Virus record (IMG/VR): IMGVR_UViG_3300027974_001530
Direction: 5' to 3' (one strand)
From: a virus
Taxonomy: Duplodnaviria; Caudoviricetes
Length of the DNA: 64,000 nt
Below are positions 9,403 to 18,163 of the stretch, piece after piece. The translations under genes were made by a program, and so were the position numbers. The notes beneath the pieces were generated by a model. The model saw only the letters and a program-made list of their open reading frames with translations. It searched no databases and had not been told where the DNA came from. How positions within the stretch are numbered: position 1 is the stretch's first letter; the number at the start of each line of letters is the position of its first letter.

Positions 9403-9932
9403 TTAAGAAATTTCAATTTATAGATTGTTGAGTTAATTAACTCCTGTACCGTATCAATTTGATTTTGAATATAACTATCTTCAATAGATTCTCTATTTTC
9501 ATCAATTATATCTAATAATTTTTCAAAATAAGAGATTGTTTTTTTACAGTTTTTATATTGTTCAATTTTAAATGTTTTGAAGTTTTTAATAATTCCGTAT
9601 TTACCTTGGTAAGATTCTATAATCCCATCAAATAAATCAACAACACCATCATAGTAATTGTTTAATGCATTGTGTTCAGCAAATGATTGTGTTTGAAGGT
9701 GAAATACGTGTGCTTGGTTTCTTGAATGTAAGATATTACAAACCATTTCACAAAAATCTTCATTACCGTCATCTTCTTGGTCATCCTCACCATCCTCCTC
9801 ATCATCATCGTCTTCTTCTTGATCGTTATCATCATCGTCTTGATCATCCTCGTCCTCATCTTCTTCGAACAATCTACGTTTTTTTAATTCTTCAAATAAT
9901 TTATTGGTTAGATCTTTTTCATTAATTTTCAT
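9399..9932 (-). CDS. DUF5856-like ferritin-fold protein with a long acidic tract
   Basis: LHSRNQAHVFHLQT.SFAEHNALN.YYD...D.IIESYQGKYG. Confidence 0.75.
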   Translation of the reverse strand: MKINEKDLTNKLFEELKKRRLFEEDEDEDDQDDDDNDQEEDDDDEEDGEDDQEDDGNEDFCEMVCNILHSRNQAHVFHLQTQSFAEHNALNNYYDGVVDLFDGIIESYQGKYGIIKNFKTFKIEQYKNCKKTISYFEKLLDIIDENRESIEDSYIQNQIDTVQELINSTIYKLKFLK

Positions 9933-9958
9933 AGTTTTTTTTATTATAAATATATTGT

Positions 9959-10642
9959 TTATTTATAGTCTTCAGGTTTTATTGTTAAATTTAAATTAGT
10001 TGGTTCATATTCTTCAGTATAATCAAATCCATCTATTAAAATATCATCACCCCATAATCTTACTTCACCTTTAGATCCAACACCTTCATTCCAAAATCTA
10101 CCTTGACGTAAAGTCATTAATTCGTTAACAACTGTCCAGTAATCTTCATCATCATAAGAGTCATGTTTCTTATTATTAACATAAACTTTTGTGATTTGTC
10201 CGTCATCCCACCTTCCATAGAATTCTATATCAACAATGTTTTCATTGTTATTTGTTAATACATTAATAATATTTCTTGTATCTTCTTTTAAGTCATTTAA
10301 AATGTATTCCCTTTCAAATTCATCCTCTTTTTCCTGTTTACAGGAACTTCGGAAGTTTATTTCTTTTATTTCTGTATTAATAAGAATAGTTAAATACCAA
10401 TATTCATCAATATCGTAATTATTGTATCTATTAAACTTGTATTCGTATTCTTCCAATAGATCTTTAATTACCTTAACTAAAAAATTTGGTAACTTTCTTG
10501 ATTGTCTTCGATCTTTTACATCATATATTATTGATTCATCCCATTCCTCAATAGTATTTACATCCAAAGTCATATTGATTTCACCAAGAAGAACTCCCAT
10601 TTGTTTTAAAAGTTCAAAAAATAATATAAGTCTTTTATTCAT
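9959..10642 (-). CDS. DUF6878-like paralog
   Basis: Same architecture as 7038..7724 (EFYGRWDDGQI; FWNEGVGSKG). Confidence 0.6.
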   Translation of the reverse strand: MNKRLILFFELLKQMGVLLGEINMTLDVNTIEEWDESIIYDVKDRRQSRKLPNFLVKVIKDLLEEYEYKFNRYNNYDIDEYWYLTILINTEIKEINFRSSCKQEKEDEFEREYILNDLKEDTRNIINVLTNNNENIVDIEFYGRWDDGQITKVYVNNKKHDSYDDEDYWTVVNELMTLRQGRFWNEGVGSKGEVRLWGDDILIDGFDYTEEYEPTNLNLTIKPEDYK

Positions 10643-10671
10643 ATTTCTATAAATATAAGGCTTATATTATT

Positions 10672-11364
10672 TTAAATAAATTCAATCTCATTTGTTTCTG
10701 GATCCCAATCAATGGTTATTGGTTTGTTTCGGAACTCATATCGTCCGTTTAACACCGCTGCGTTGATAAAGTGAGTATTACCATCAAACACATAACCATA
10801 ACCTTCGTGGATGTGTCCAAATACGTGGATTTTAGGTTTGATTTCTTGAACTCGTTTCATAAGTTCTTCACAACCAACACTTACACTATCATATGGTACA
10901 TAATCCAATTTACCAAATGGTGGTCCGTGAGTGATAAGGATGTCAGTATCAACAGGTATCATATCCCATTTTTCTTTTATCTTTTTACCACGAGGAAGAT
11001 TGAATGCCCAATTATTAAACTCAGGTTGCCAAGGTGTTCCCCATATTTTAACCATAGTATCATAATCTTCACCAACCATCAATAAGTCATCTTGAAGATA
11101 CTCTATAGTTTTGTAACCGGTAAGTAATCCTTTAACTTTTTCGTTATCATTTTCAAATCCAAAATCGTGATTACCACATATGAATACTTTGGTATCGTAG
11201 TTATTGATTTTATCATACCACTTAGTAAAGTTTTCTATTTCAGTGATATAACCACGGCTAGTTAAATCTCCGGCGTGGACAAGAATATCTCCACCAGTCA
11301 AGAACCCACTAATCTTGTCGTGTTTGGTGTGGGTGTCGCTTATAAATGTGATTCTTTTTTTCAT
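10672..11364 (-). CDS. metallophosphoesterase (calcineurin-like)
   Basis: SDTH, HAGD, GNHD, THGPP, FGHIHE. Confidence 0.92.
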   Translation of the reverse strand: MKKRITFISDTHTKHDKISGFLTGGDILVHAGDLTSRGYITEIENFTKWYDKINNYDTKVFICGNHDFGFENDNEKVKGLLTGYKTIEYLQDDLLMVGEDYDTMVKIWGTPWQPEFNNWAFNLPRGKKIKEKWDMIPVDTDILITHGPPFGKLDYVPYDSVSVGCEELMKRVQEIKPKIHVFGHIHEGYGYVFDGNTHFINAAVLNGRYEFRNKPITIDWDPETNEIEFI

Positions 11365-11400
11365 AAAACAAATATAAGTAATTTTATTAAATAAAAAAAA

Positions 11401-11637
11401 TTAACTTATTATTTTAATTTCACTTTCTGTTTCAATAACCACTCTTGCACCACAACTAATAATTGGTTTTTTATCTCCACTACCACAATACTTTATTTTA
11501 CTTGGTCCAAGTATTTCTACTTCATTACAGTACGTATTTGTTTTACCCTCCTTAATTGTGATAACAGGAAGATCTGTGTCCTTTGTTTTATTGGACCTGA
11601 CGTGGTGTTGGTTAACGTGGATTCTTTTTATCCCCAT
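11401..11637 (-). CDS. conserved-looking phage hypothetical protein (RIHVNQH...CGARVVIET)
   Basis: ORF track. Confidence 0.75.
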   Translation of the reverse strand: MGIKRIHVNQHHVRSNKTKDTDLPVITIKEGKTNTYCNEVEILGPSKIKYCGSGDKKPIISCGARVVIETESEIKIIS

Positions 11638-11714
11638 CCTCTACCCGATTGTGACATCGCGTTTATTCTTTGTTGTTCTAACCAACCTAAAAATTTAAAT
11701 AGTTTTTTAATCAT
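11628..11714 (-). CDS. 28-aa microprotein MIKKLFKFLGWLEQQRINAMSQSGRGWG
   Basis: Manual translation; overlaps both neighbours in operon fashion. Confidence 0.5.
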   Translation of the reverse strand: MIKKLFKFLGWLEQQRINAMSQSGRGWG

Positions 11715-11923
11715 TTTTTATTTCTGTTAAATGGTTCTTTTTTAAAAACGTATCCTGAAATATCCAAGTATCTCAATAACTCCCTATCCCCCTCAATTAT
11801 TGTGTGAGGTATAAAAGACTCTCCTCTATCATGTTTCTTATTACCATCAATTTTAATCATTCCTATTTTATATCCAAAACGGTTTGCTAACCATTTAATA
11901 AATAATGCGGGGTATCTTTTCAT
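11711..11923 (-). CDS. hypothetical protein
   Basis: ORF track. Confidence 0.7.
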   Translation of the reverse strand: MKRYPALFIKWLANRFGYKIGMIKIDGNKKHDRGESFIPHTIIEGDRELLRYLDISGYVFKKEPFNRNKK

Positions 11924-11930
11924 ATTTTAA

Positions 11931-12305
11931 TTATTTTATTGTTTTAACTGCTCTAGCGTTAATATGACCTTCTTTTAAAGTTATTGCTATAAGTTTGTGT
12001 GTAAAAACTTGCATCCAAGCATAATCAGAATTATGGTCGGTAGAACTCCAATAATTAGTATTAACAAAATTACCGATAAGGTCCTTATTTTCATACATTT
12101 TTTCTAATTCGTCTTTAGTTGGTAATCTCCAACCTTTACCTAATTCTTTACACTCTCTTTTAGCATTATACCATGTTACCTCTGTTGGTAAATCATATTG
12201 TGCAATTTCTATACTATCAAGCTTATATGTTGTTCCTATTATCTGAGATACAGATGTGAATGTAATAAAAAACAAAAGGATGATCAATATTGTTTTTAAT
12301 TTCAT
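11931..12305 (-). CDS. secreted Lcl/DUF1566-like (C-type lectin fold) protein
   Basis: Signal peptide; TWYNAKREC..LG.GWRLPTKDEL...YWSST...AW...ARAVK. Confidence 0.75.
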   Translation of the reverse strand: MKLKTILIILLFFITFTSVSQIIGTTYKLDSIEIAQYDLPTEVTWYNAKRECKELGKGWRLPTKDELEKMYENKDLIGNFVNTNYWSSTDHNSDYAWMQVFTHKLIAITLKEGHINARAVKTIK

Positions 12306-12321
12306 AATTTTTTATTTAAAT

Positions 12322-12567
12322 TTAATCTTCTAAATTTAAACTATAACCATTAAGTATTTCTCTCATTTGTTCTCTTATTTTTTCACAAATCTCTATTTCC
12401 TCACTTGATGCTTCATCGTTGGAATAAAACTTAATTCCGTGTTTGGTTGTTGTTCTTAACTTTTGGTCAAGATCCCACATTGACATCTTCCATTTCATGG
12501 CATCAAGTGCCACTCTTGCGTCTTGTGATTCTTCTACCGAATCAAATTCTATTGTTATTTTTCCCAT
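12322..12567 (-). CDS. hypothetical protein
   Basis: ORF track; TAnnTTTG at 12572-12579. Confidence 0.75.
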   Translation of the reverse strand: MGKITIEFDSVEESQDARVALDAMKWKMSMWDLDQKLRTTTKHGIKFYSNDEASSEEIEICEKIREQMREILNGYSLNLED

Positions 12568-12576
12568 AAAACAAAG

Positions 12577-12807
12577 TTATGAATTTTTTTCTAATGAATC
12601 AACAAACTCGTTGAATTCTATTTTAGATGGTGGTCTTCCATCAATATCACAACAGGTATTGTAATAATTTCTGATTTTATTGATTACCTCTTCTTTGTCA
12701 ATATTTTCTAACCCATCCATTAAAGTATTATCCCATAAGTTCATTTCGTCGTCTTCCATATAAAAATCACCATCCGACCCTATGTAAGGTGTTGTGTCTT
12801 CACTCAT
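12577..12807 (-). CDS. hypothetical protein
   Basis: ORF track. Confidence 0.7.
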   Translation of the reverse strand: MSEDTTPYIGSDGDFYMEDDEMNLWDNTLMDGLENIDKEEVINKIRNYYNTCCDIDGRPPSKIEFNEFVDSLEKNS

Positions 12808-12819
12808 AATATTTTTAAT

Positions 12820-13071
12820 TCAATTCTGTATTTCTTTATTTTCAAATTGATCCAATAAAGCAACTACACTTTCATCAACCAAACTAACGTTATGTAATTC
12901 TTTTGATGTTTTATAATCGGAAACATTAATTTTTGATTTTATTTTTTTTTCTCCATCTGTAATGGTAATTTTAATTTCAAAATCTTGTTTCGGTTTTGTT
13001 TTTTTATCTACCGGTGGTTTGTAACCAAATTCTTTCTCTTGTCTTATTTCGTTGAGTGTTCTTTTTTTCAT
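12820..13071 (-). CDS. hypothetical protein
   Basis: ORF track. Confidence 0.7.
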   Translation of the reverse strand: MKKRTLNEIRQEKEFGYKPPVDKKTKPKQDFEIKITITDGEKKIKSKINVSDYKTSKELHNVSLVDESVVALLDQFENKEIQN

Positions 13072-14081
13072 TTAATATTATTTTTTAATTTGTTTATATA
13101 TCCTTCAAGTAATACAATCTTTCTTCTAATACCAATATTATCCATATCAGATAACATTTTCAAGTAATCGTTTAGTTCATCAAGTTGTGTTTGTGGCTCA
13201 ACTTCCTTTTGAATCTCTAAGTCAGGAAATGTGTTTTTAATTGCGTTCTGTTGTCTGATTGGCATATCACCATCTGATAATTGGGGATCATCCCACGATG
13301 TGTCTCTTTCCATAGTGTTTTCTTTTATAAAGTTTTCTATCTCTTCTGTTGTTGCGGTAGCAATACCACCATTATTGGTAAATATTCTTATAAATTCGTC
13401 TTTTAGGTGTCTTGGTATTGGTTTACTTTTTAATGTTAAACTAAGTTGATTTGGTGTTTGATCTAGTGTTTTTTCCATATAATACGCCATATAACTATCA
13501 GAATCCATAGGTGTTCCTGTTAAATATGGTGGTTCTTTTCTATCAACACTTTTAGTTTTAAAAACACCTCTTACCATAATACCTCTCTCACCTTTTACTT
13601 TATATTCTTCAGGATTGTCCAATACGTCATCTAATAACTTATGAATATCATTTCTCAATGTTAATTCATTATTAGCTCCTGATACATCTTGAGCCATTTC
13701 AGGTGACCAAGTTAATACAATTTTTTTTCTTGGTTCAAATGTCATTGGATCATATAATGCTGGAGTAATTAATGCACCATTTTTAACCGGTGTATGTAAT
13801 GAGTTTGGATCAAACATTTCAGGAGTAAAACTTAAATTATATAAGAAAACTTTCCCATCAAATTTTGTATTATCACCAAGTTTCATTGTTTGTGCGGAAT
13901 ATGTTTTTCCCTCAATTTCTTGTACCGGTATATCCATAAATTCAATTCCCTCACATTCAGAAAATTCATCACATTTTAATAGTTCTTCTTTTAGTGGTTC
14001 TAAGTCCTTTTTTAAAAATTGATCGTTTGGATAAGACAGATTTTCACCAAATGTGTTAGTTAGTAATTCTTTTAGTTTCAT
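13068..14081 (-). CDS. 337-aa hypothetical protein
   Basis: ORF track. Confidence 0.75.
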   Translation of the reverse strand: MKLKELLTNTFGENLSYPNDQFLKKDLEPLKEELLKCDEFSECEGIEFMDIPVQEIEGKTYSAQTMKLGDNTKFDGKVFLYNLSFTPEMFDPNSLHTPVKNGALITPALYDPMTFEPRKKIVLTWSPEMAQDVSGANNELTLRNDIHKLLDDVLDNPEEYKVKGERGIMVRGVFKTKSVDRKEPPYLTGTPMDSDSYMAYYMEKTLDQTPNQLSLTLKSKPIPRHLKDEFIRIFTNNGGIATATTEEIENFIKENTMERDTSWDDPQLSDGDMPIRQQNAIKNTFPDLEIQKEVEPQTQLDELNDYLKMLSDMDNIGIRRKIVLLEGYINKLKNNIK

Positions 14082-14316
14082 ATTTTAATCCCCATTTTTC
14101 ACTTATCTCAGTGAATTTATCGTTTATTGTTTCTTCTTTAATTCCATTTAAAGATGAGAAATCTTTTTCAAATTGTAAACCGTGTTCTCGGTTTGCATCC
14201 ATAATTTTTTGTCCAAGAATAGAAAGTTCATTTGAAGTATAAAATTCTGTTCCGTGATCAATGATTTTTAGTTCCACAAGAACTTTTTTGTCAAAGGTTT
14301 TTATTTGGTGTATCAT
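14056..14316 (-). CDS. hypothetical protein
   Basis: ORF track. Confidence 0.65.
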   Translation of the reverse strand: MIHQIKTFDKKVLVELKIIDHGTEFYTSNELSILGQKIMDANREHGLQFEKDFSSLNGIKEETINDKFTEISEKWGLKYETKRITN

Positions 14317-14318
14317 AA

Positions 14319-15596
14319 TTAATTTGATAACGGTGCTTTAATTGGTGGGTGTGATTGATAGTTACCTAATTGAATGTCATCTTCTAATAAACATTTACAA
14401 AAATTATCATCTTTAAATGATTCAAATACCTTAACGGCATCTATAGATCCTACACCGCACTCACCTGATTCAGTTGGCCAGAACTCAGTGTTGATGTTTA
14501 GGATTGGTAGTGTATATGGTTCTCTTGTTCGGGTTGGTACATTCCATTGATCAATTTCAGAATGTGATAATGTGCTACTGTCTCCACCATTATAGATTTG
14601 ATTAAACATTTCTTGAGTAACCATTTCTCTTCTTTCATCTAAATCTAATTTTTGACCAATTTGTTCTTTCGTTTGTTCAATATGATTCAAATACAAATGT
14701 GTATCACCCAAGTTGCCAATCAATTCATCAGGAATCATATTAACTGCCTTAGCAATTATTTCCAATAACAGGCCGTAAGATGCAATGTTGAATGGTAGAC
14801 CTAAGAATGTATCTACTGAACGTTGATTCCACATTAGGGAGATTGCTCTGGTTGGTATTGTATCTTTGTATTTTTCATAGTCCATACCACCATCCCCATA
14901 TTTTTCAATATACAAATCGACTCTTTCATCTAAACTCAACTCTCTTGTATAAACTTGAAATCCATAATGACAAGGTGGAAGCATCATTTGATCCAATTCT
15001 CCAACATTCCAAGCATTAACCATTAAACGTCTTGAGTCTGGGTTTGTTTTAAGGTCGTTGATTAGGTTCGCAATTTGGTCATTCTTAGGGACTTCTTTAT
15101 AATGGGTTACAGAACCATGATTCCAACCAGAAGGGACTTTTTTATAACCACCCCAATTTCTCCATTGCTTACCATAAATTGGACCTAACTCACCCCACTT
15201 CTTAGCAAACTCATCATCTGTTTTGATTTCGTTGATGAATTCTTCCTGAGTCATCTTTCTCACTTCAATGTTACTACCTTCATATTGAAATGTTTTTTCA
15301 ACCTCAGGGTAAATTTTACAATAGTTCTTATAAGCATCACCATCCCAAATATGACAATTGTTATCAACAAGGAATTTAATGTTTGTATCACCACGTAGGA
15401 ACCATAGTAATTCAGTCACCATAGTTTTCCAAGCCATCTTCTTGGTTGTGAGTAATGGAAACCCATCACTCATTTTATGACGGATCTGTCTACCAAAAAC
15501 ACTAATTGTGCCGGTCTTTGTACGATCCATTTTACGGGTACCATTATCTAAAATGTCCTGTAATAAATCTGTGTATTGCCTATCTAAATTATTCAT
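14319..15596 (-). CDS. thyA: thymidylate synthase with large insertions
   Basis: DRTKTGT, FPLLTTKK, ELLWFLRG, LGPIYGKQWR, LPPCH, NQRSVDTFLGLPFN, GDTHLY. Confidence 0.95.
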   Translation of the reverse strand: MNNLDRQYTDLLQDILDNGTRKMDRTKTGTISVFGRQIRHKMSDGFPLLTTKKMAWKTMVTELLWFLRGDTNIKFLVDNNCHIWDGDAYKNYCKIYPEVEKTFQYEGSNIEVRKMTQEEFINEIKTDDEFAKKWGELGPIYGKQWRNWGGYKKVPSGWNHGSVTHYKEVPKNDQIANLINDLKTNPDSRRLMVNAWNVGELDQMMLPPCHYGFQVYTRELSLDERVDLYIEKYGDGGMDYEKYKDTIPTRAISLMWNQRSVDTFLGLPFNIASYGLLLEIIAKAVNMIPDELIGNLGDTHLYLNHIEQTKEQIGQKLDLDERREMVTQEMFNQIYNGGDSSTLSHSEIDQWNVPTRTREPYTLPILNINTEFWPTESGECGVGSIDAVKVFESFKDDNFCKCLLEDDIQLGNYQSHPPIKAPLSN

Positions 15597-15720
15597 CTTT
15601 GTTTAGTAATTTACGACCTTCTTCCCATATTGGTGATCCGTACATATAAGGATGTTCAATAACATCTTCAAGAAATTCCTCAAGTTCTTTTATTCTATTA
15701 TCCTTTTCTTCTTCCGTCAT
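15589..15720 (-). CDS. 43-aa microprotein MTEEEKDNRIKELEEFLEDVIEHPYMYGSPIWEEGRKLLNKDE
   Basis: Manual translation; overlaps the thyA start. Confidence 0.6.
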   Translation of the reverse strand: MTEEEKDNRIKELEEFLEDVIEHPYMYGSPIWEEGRKLLNKDE

Positions 15721-15803
15721 CTTTTAAAATATGATTTAATTTTCATCCAAACTATTTCGGGATAATTCCGTAACCACCAAAAAAATATATAAAATTTTCT
15801 CAT
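15717..15803 (-). CDS. 28-aa microprotein MRKFYIFFWWLRNYPEIVWMKIKSYFKR
   Basis: Manual translation; coupled to both neighbours. Confidence 0.5.
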   Translation of the reverse strand: MRKFYIFFWWLRNYPEIVWMKIKSYFKR

Positions 15804-16081
15804 CAGTCAATCATTTTATAAGTTGTTGATTTAACTTTATTGTTTTCGTCAATTTGGTATCTATTCTTATATCCTTCAATTACTTTTAGAGCATCTTCTT
15901 CATTACCATACCTCACAGTAATTGTTTTTGATATTCCAAATGCCTCTCCAATCTTATGGATATTATACCAAACAAGTTCTTGTGTTTGTTTGAATAATCT
16001 TTTTTTGATTTCTAATTTACAAGCTTGTGGTATGTAACCCTTCTCTCCGTTATTTTTTTCTTCAATTTTAATTCTGTACAT
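15803..16081 (-). CDS. hypothetical protein
   Basis: ORF track. Confidence 0.7.
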   Translation of the reverse strand: MYRIKIEEKNNGEKGYIPQACKLEIKKRLFKQTQELVWYNIHKIGEAFGISKTITVRYGNEEDALKVIEGYKNRYQIDENNKVKSTTYKMID

Positions 16082-16090
16082 ATTAGTTAT

Positions 16091-16300
16091 TTAAATATAA
16101 TTTTTTAAAAAATAATTTGTTTTTCCAACAGGAACTCTTAAAACCGAAATAAGTTTTGAGGTACCATTTAATAGTACCATAACACTATATAGTTTATCTG
16201 TGTATTCAACACTATGAACATTTTCAATGGTATATACAAATGCCGATTCATTTGATAAAAATACCTTTTTTTCATTTTTGTCGTAAGTAAGTGTTTGCAT
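16091..16300 (-). CDS. hypothetical protein
   Basis: ORF track. Confidence 0.65.
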   Translation of the reverse strand: MQTLTYDKNEKKVFLSNESAFVYTIENVHSVEYTDKLYSVMVLLNGTSKLISVLRVPVGKTNYFLKNYI

Positions 16301-16303
16301 AAC

Positions 16304-16639
16304 TTATTGTTTTTCAATATTAATTTCTTTTTTAATCTTTGGTTTACGTCCTCGTTTTTTTGGTTTTTTTGATGTAAATTTTTCTTGAAACTTTTTATCT
16401 TTTTCAATGATTTCAATAAATTCTTCCAATGTAAATTCTCTTACTTTATGTTCGTTTGGGTCGTCCATCAAATAATCATAATCTGGTTCTTCCAATGTTT
16501 TACAAAACTCAAGATATCTTTCATAAGATTTTTTAAGTTTTTCATAATCTGTATCGTCTTCAATAACAATCTTTATTGTTTCAGGGAATAACATATTCAT
16601 TCCAATTCCTAAATTCACTTCAATTTTTTTCATTTCCAT
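16304..16639 (-). CDS. hypothetical protein, basic C-tail
   Basis: ORF track. Confidence 0.7.
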   Translation of the reverse strand: MEMKKIEVNLGIGMNMLFPETIKIVIEDDTDYEKLKKSYERYLEFCKTLEEPDYDYLMDDPNEHKVREFTLEEFIEIIEKDKKFQEKFTSKKPKKRGRKPKIKKEINIEKQ

Positions 16640-16736
16640 ATTTTTTTCTTAAGTATTCTGCCCACGCAGCTTGTTTCCTACCATTAACGAAGAACCACCC
16701 AAAGTCCATCTCAAACCATTTTACAATTTTTCCCAT
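16620..16736 (-). CDS. 38-aa microprotein MGKIVKWFEMDFGWFFVNGRKQAAWAEYLRKKYGNEKN
   Basis: Manual translation; fills the gap after the GS gene. Confidence 0.6.
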   Translation of the reverse strand: MGKIVKWFEMDFGWFFVNGRKQAAWAEYLRKKYGNEKN

Positions 16737-16740
16737 AATA

Positions 16741-17943
16741 TTATTTATTTTTTAAATCAAATTTTATTTCTTCTGTCAGTACATTTGTTTTTGACCCCAT
16801 AACTTCTTCCGACATTTCATATTTAACATCGTCAGAATAATCTTTTAGTAATTCTTCAGATGTTAATGTACCGTACTTACCTTCAAAACCATTAACATCA
16901 ATCTTTACATTAATATTTTTATACATTCTTTCCCAATATTGTGTTCCATTCAATGAGATTGAAATTTCATTAATAATCTTATATGGGTCCGCATTTGATC
17001 CTGGTCTTCTATCTTCCAAATAACCTTTCCAATTATCTGCGGTTGTTTTTGGGACTCTGATTGATGATCCTCTATCCGATACACCCCAACTAAATTTATC
17101 AATTGATTGTGTCTCAAAATTTCCGGTTAATCTTAAATTATTATCGGAACCATATGATTCAATATGTTCTTTATGTCTATTTTCAAATGATGTGAATATT
17201 GATTTGAAGTATTCTTCCTTGCCATCATTTCTCATTTTGTCGTTTGAAAAGTTAGTATGTAAACCAGATCCGTTCCATTCTCCGTATTTAAGTGGTTTTG
17301 GATGTAGATTAACCCCATAATTATATTTTTCGGAAATTTTATATAAAAAGTACCTGGTCATCCACAAATCATCACCCGCCTTTAATTTACCTTTTGAAAA
17401 TACTTGGTATTCCCATTGACCTAATGCAACCTCAGCGTTGATCCCTGTAATATCAATTCCGTATTTTAAACACATATCCATATGTTCTTCAACAAAATCT
17501 CTTCCTGCAACATATTCACCTACACCACAATAATATTTACCTTGTGGTTCCAAGTTGTTTTCATCGTGACCTAAAATACATTTATTTTTTATATCCTGTA
17601 TAAAATATTCTTGTTCAAACCCAAACCATAAATCTTCTTGTTCTTCAATTAGTTTTGATCTTGTATTAGTTTTGTGTGGAGTACCATCAGAATTCATTAC
17701 TTCACACAACACGTAAATTGTGTTTGTATGATTGTAAAAATAATGTCTAACAGGTATTAAAATACAATCAGAACTACCTGTCTGAGCTTGTTTTGTTGAT
17801 GACCCATCAAAGTTCCATTTTGGAAAATTACCTAAAACCAAACAATTTCTAATTTCTTCGTATTCAACAATTTTAATTTTACTTCTCAAATTTGGTTCTG
17901 GTGTATACCCATCTAACCAAACATATTCTAATTTACACTTCAT
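16741..17943 (-). CDS. glnII: glutamine synthetase type II
   Basis: LEYVWLDG, WNFDGSST, FGFEQEY, GINAEVALGQWEYQ, WNGSGLHTNFS, RLTG.FET, GYLEDRRP. Confidence 0.93.
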   Translation of the reverse strand: MKCKLEYVWLDGYTPEPNLRSKIKIVEYEEIRNCLVLGNFPKWNFDGSSTKQAQTGSSDCILIPVRHYFYNHTNTIYVLCEVMNSDGTPHKTNTRSKLIEEQEDLWFGFEQEYFIQDIKNKCILGHDENNLEPQGKYYCGVGEYVAGRDFVEEHMDMCLKYGIDITGINAEVALGQWEYQVFSKGKLKAGDDLWMTRYFLYKISEKYNYGVNLHPKPLKYGEWNGSGLHTNFSNDKMRNDGKEEYFKSIFTSFENRHKEHIESYGSDNNLRLTGNFETQSIDKFSWGVSDRGSSIRVPKTTADNWKGYLEDRRPGSNADPYKIINEISISLNGTQYWERMYKNINVKIDVNGFEGKYGTLTSEELLKDYSDDVKYEMSEEVMGSKTNVLTEEIKFDLKNK

Positions 17944-18122
17944 TTATTCTCGTTTATATATTTTATTATTTCCTCTTTTGTTTTTCCCTCATTAAATATT
18001 TTGTAGACATTATGTGAAAATTCATCTGTACTGATAACCGCATCAGCATCCAAATAGGTCATAATATTGTCAACGTTTAACAATATTCCTTCTTTTCTTA
18101 AAAATCTTTTATTAAAACCCAT
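17940..18122 (-). CDS. hypothetical protein
   Basis: ORF track. Confidence 0.7.
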   Translation of the reverse strand: MGFNKRFLRKEGILLNVDNIMTYLDADAVISTDEFSHNVYKIFNEGKTKEEIIKYINENK

Positions 18123-18163
18123 TTGTTAAAAAATAAGAATAATTTATATTAAATTCAATTATT

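Noticed and set aside
11931-12305. Diversity-generating retroelement
   Set aside because: No reverse transcriptase and no second template copy were found in the window.
14319-15596. Intron or intein in thyA
   Set aside because: The frame is continuous, and the insertions are short with no intein splice residues or homing endonuclease motifs.
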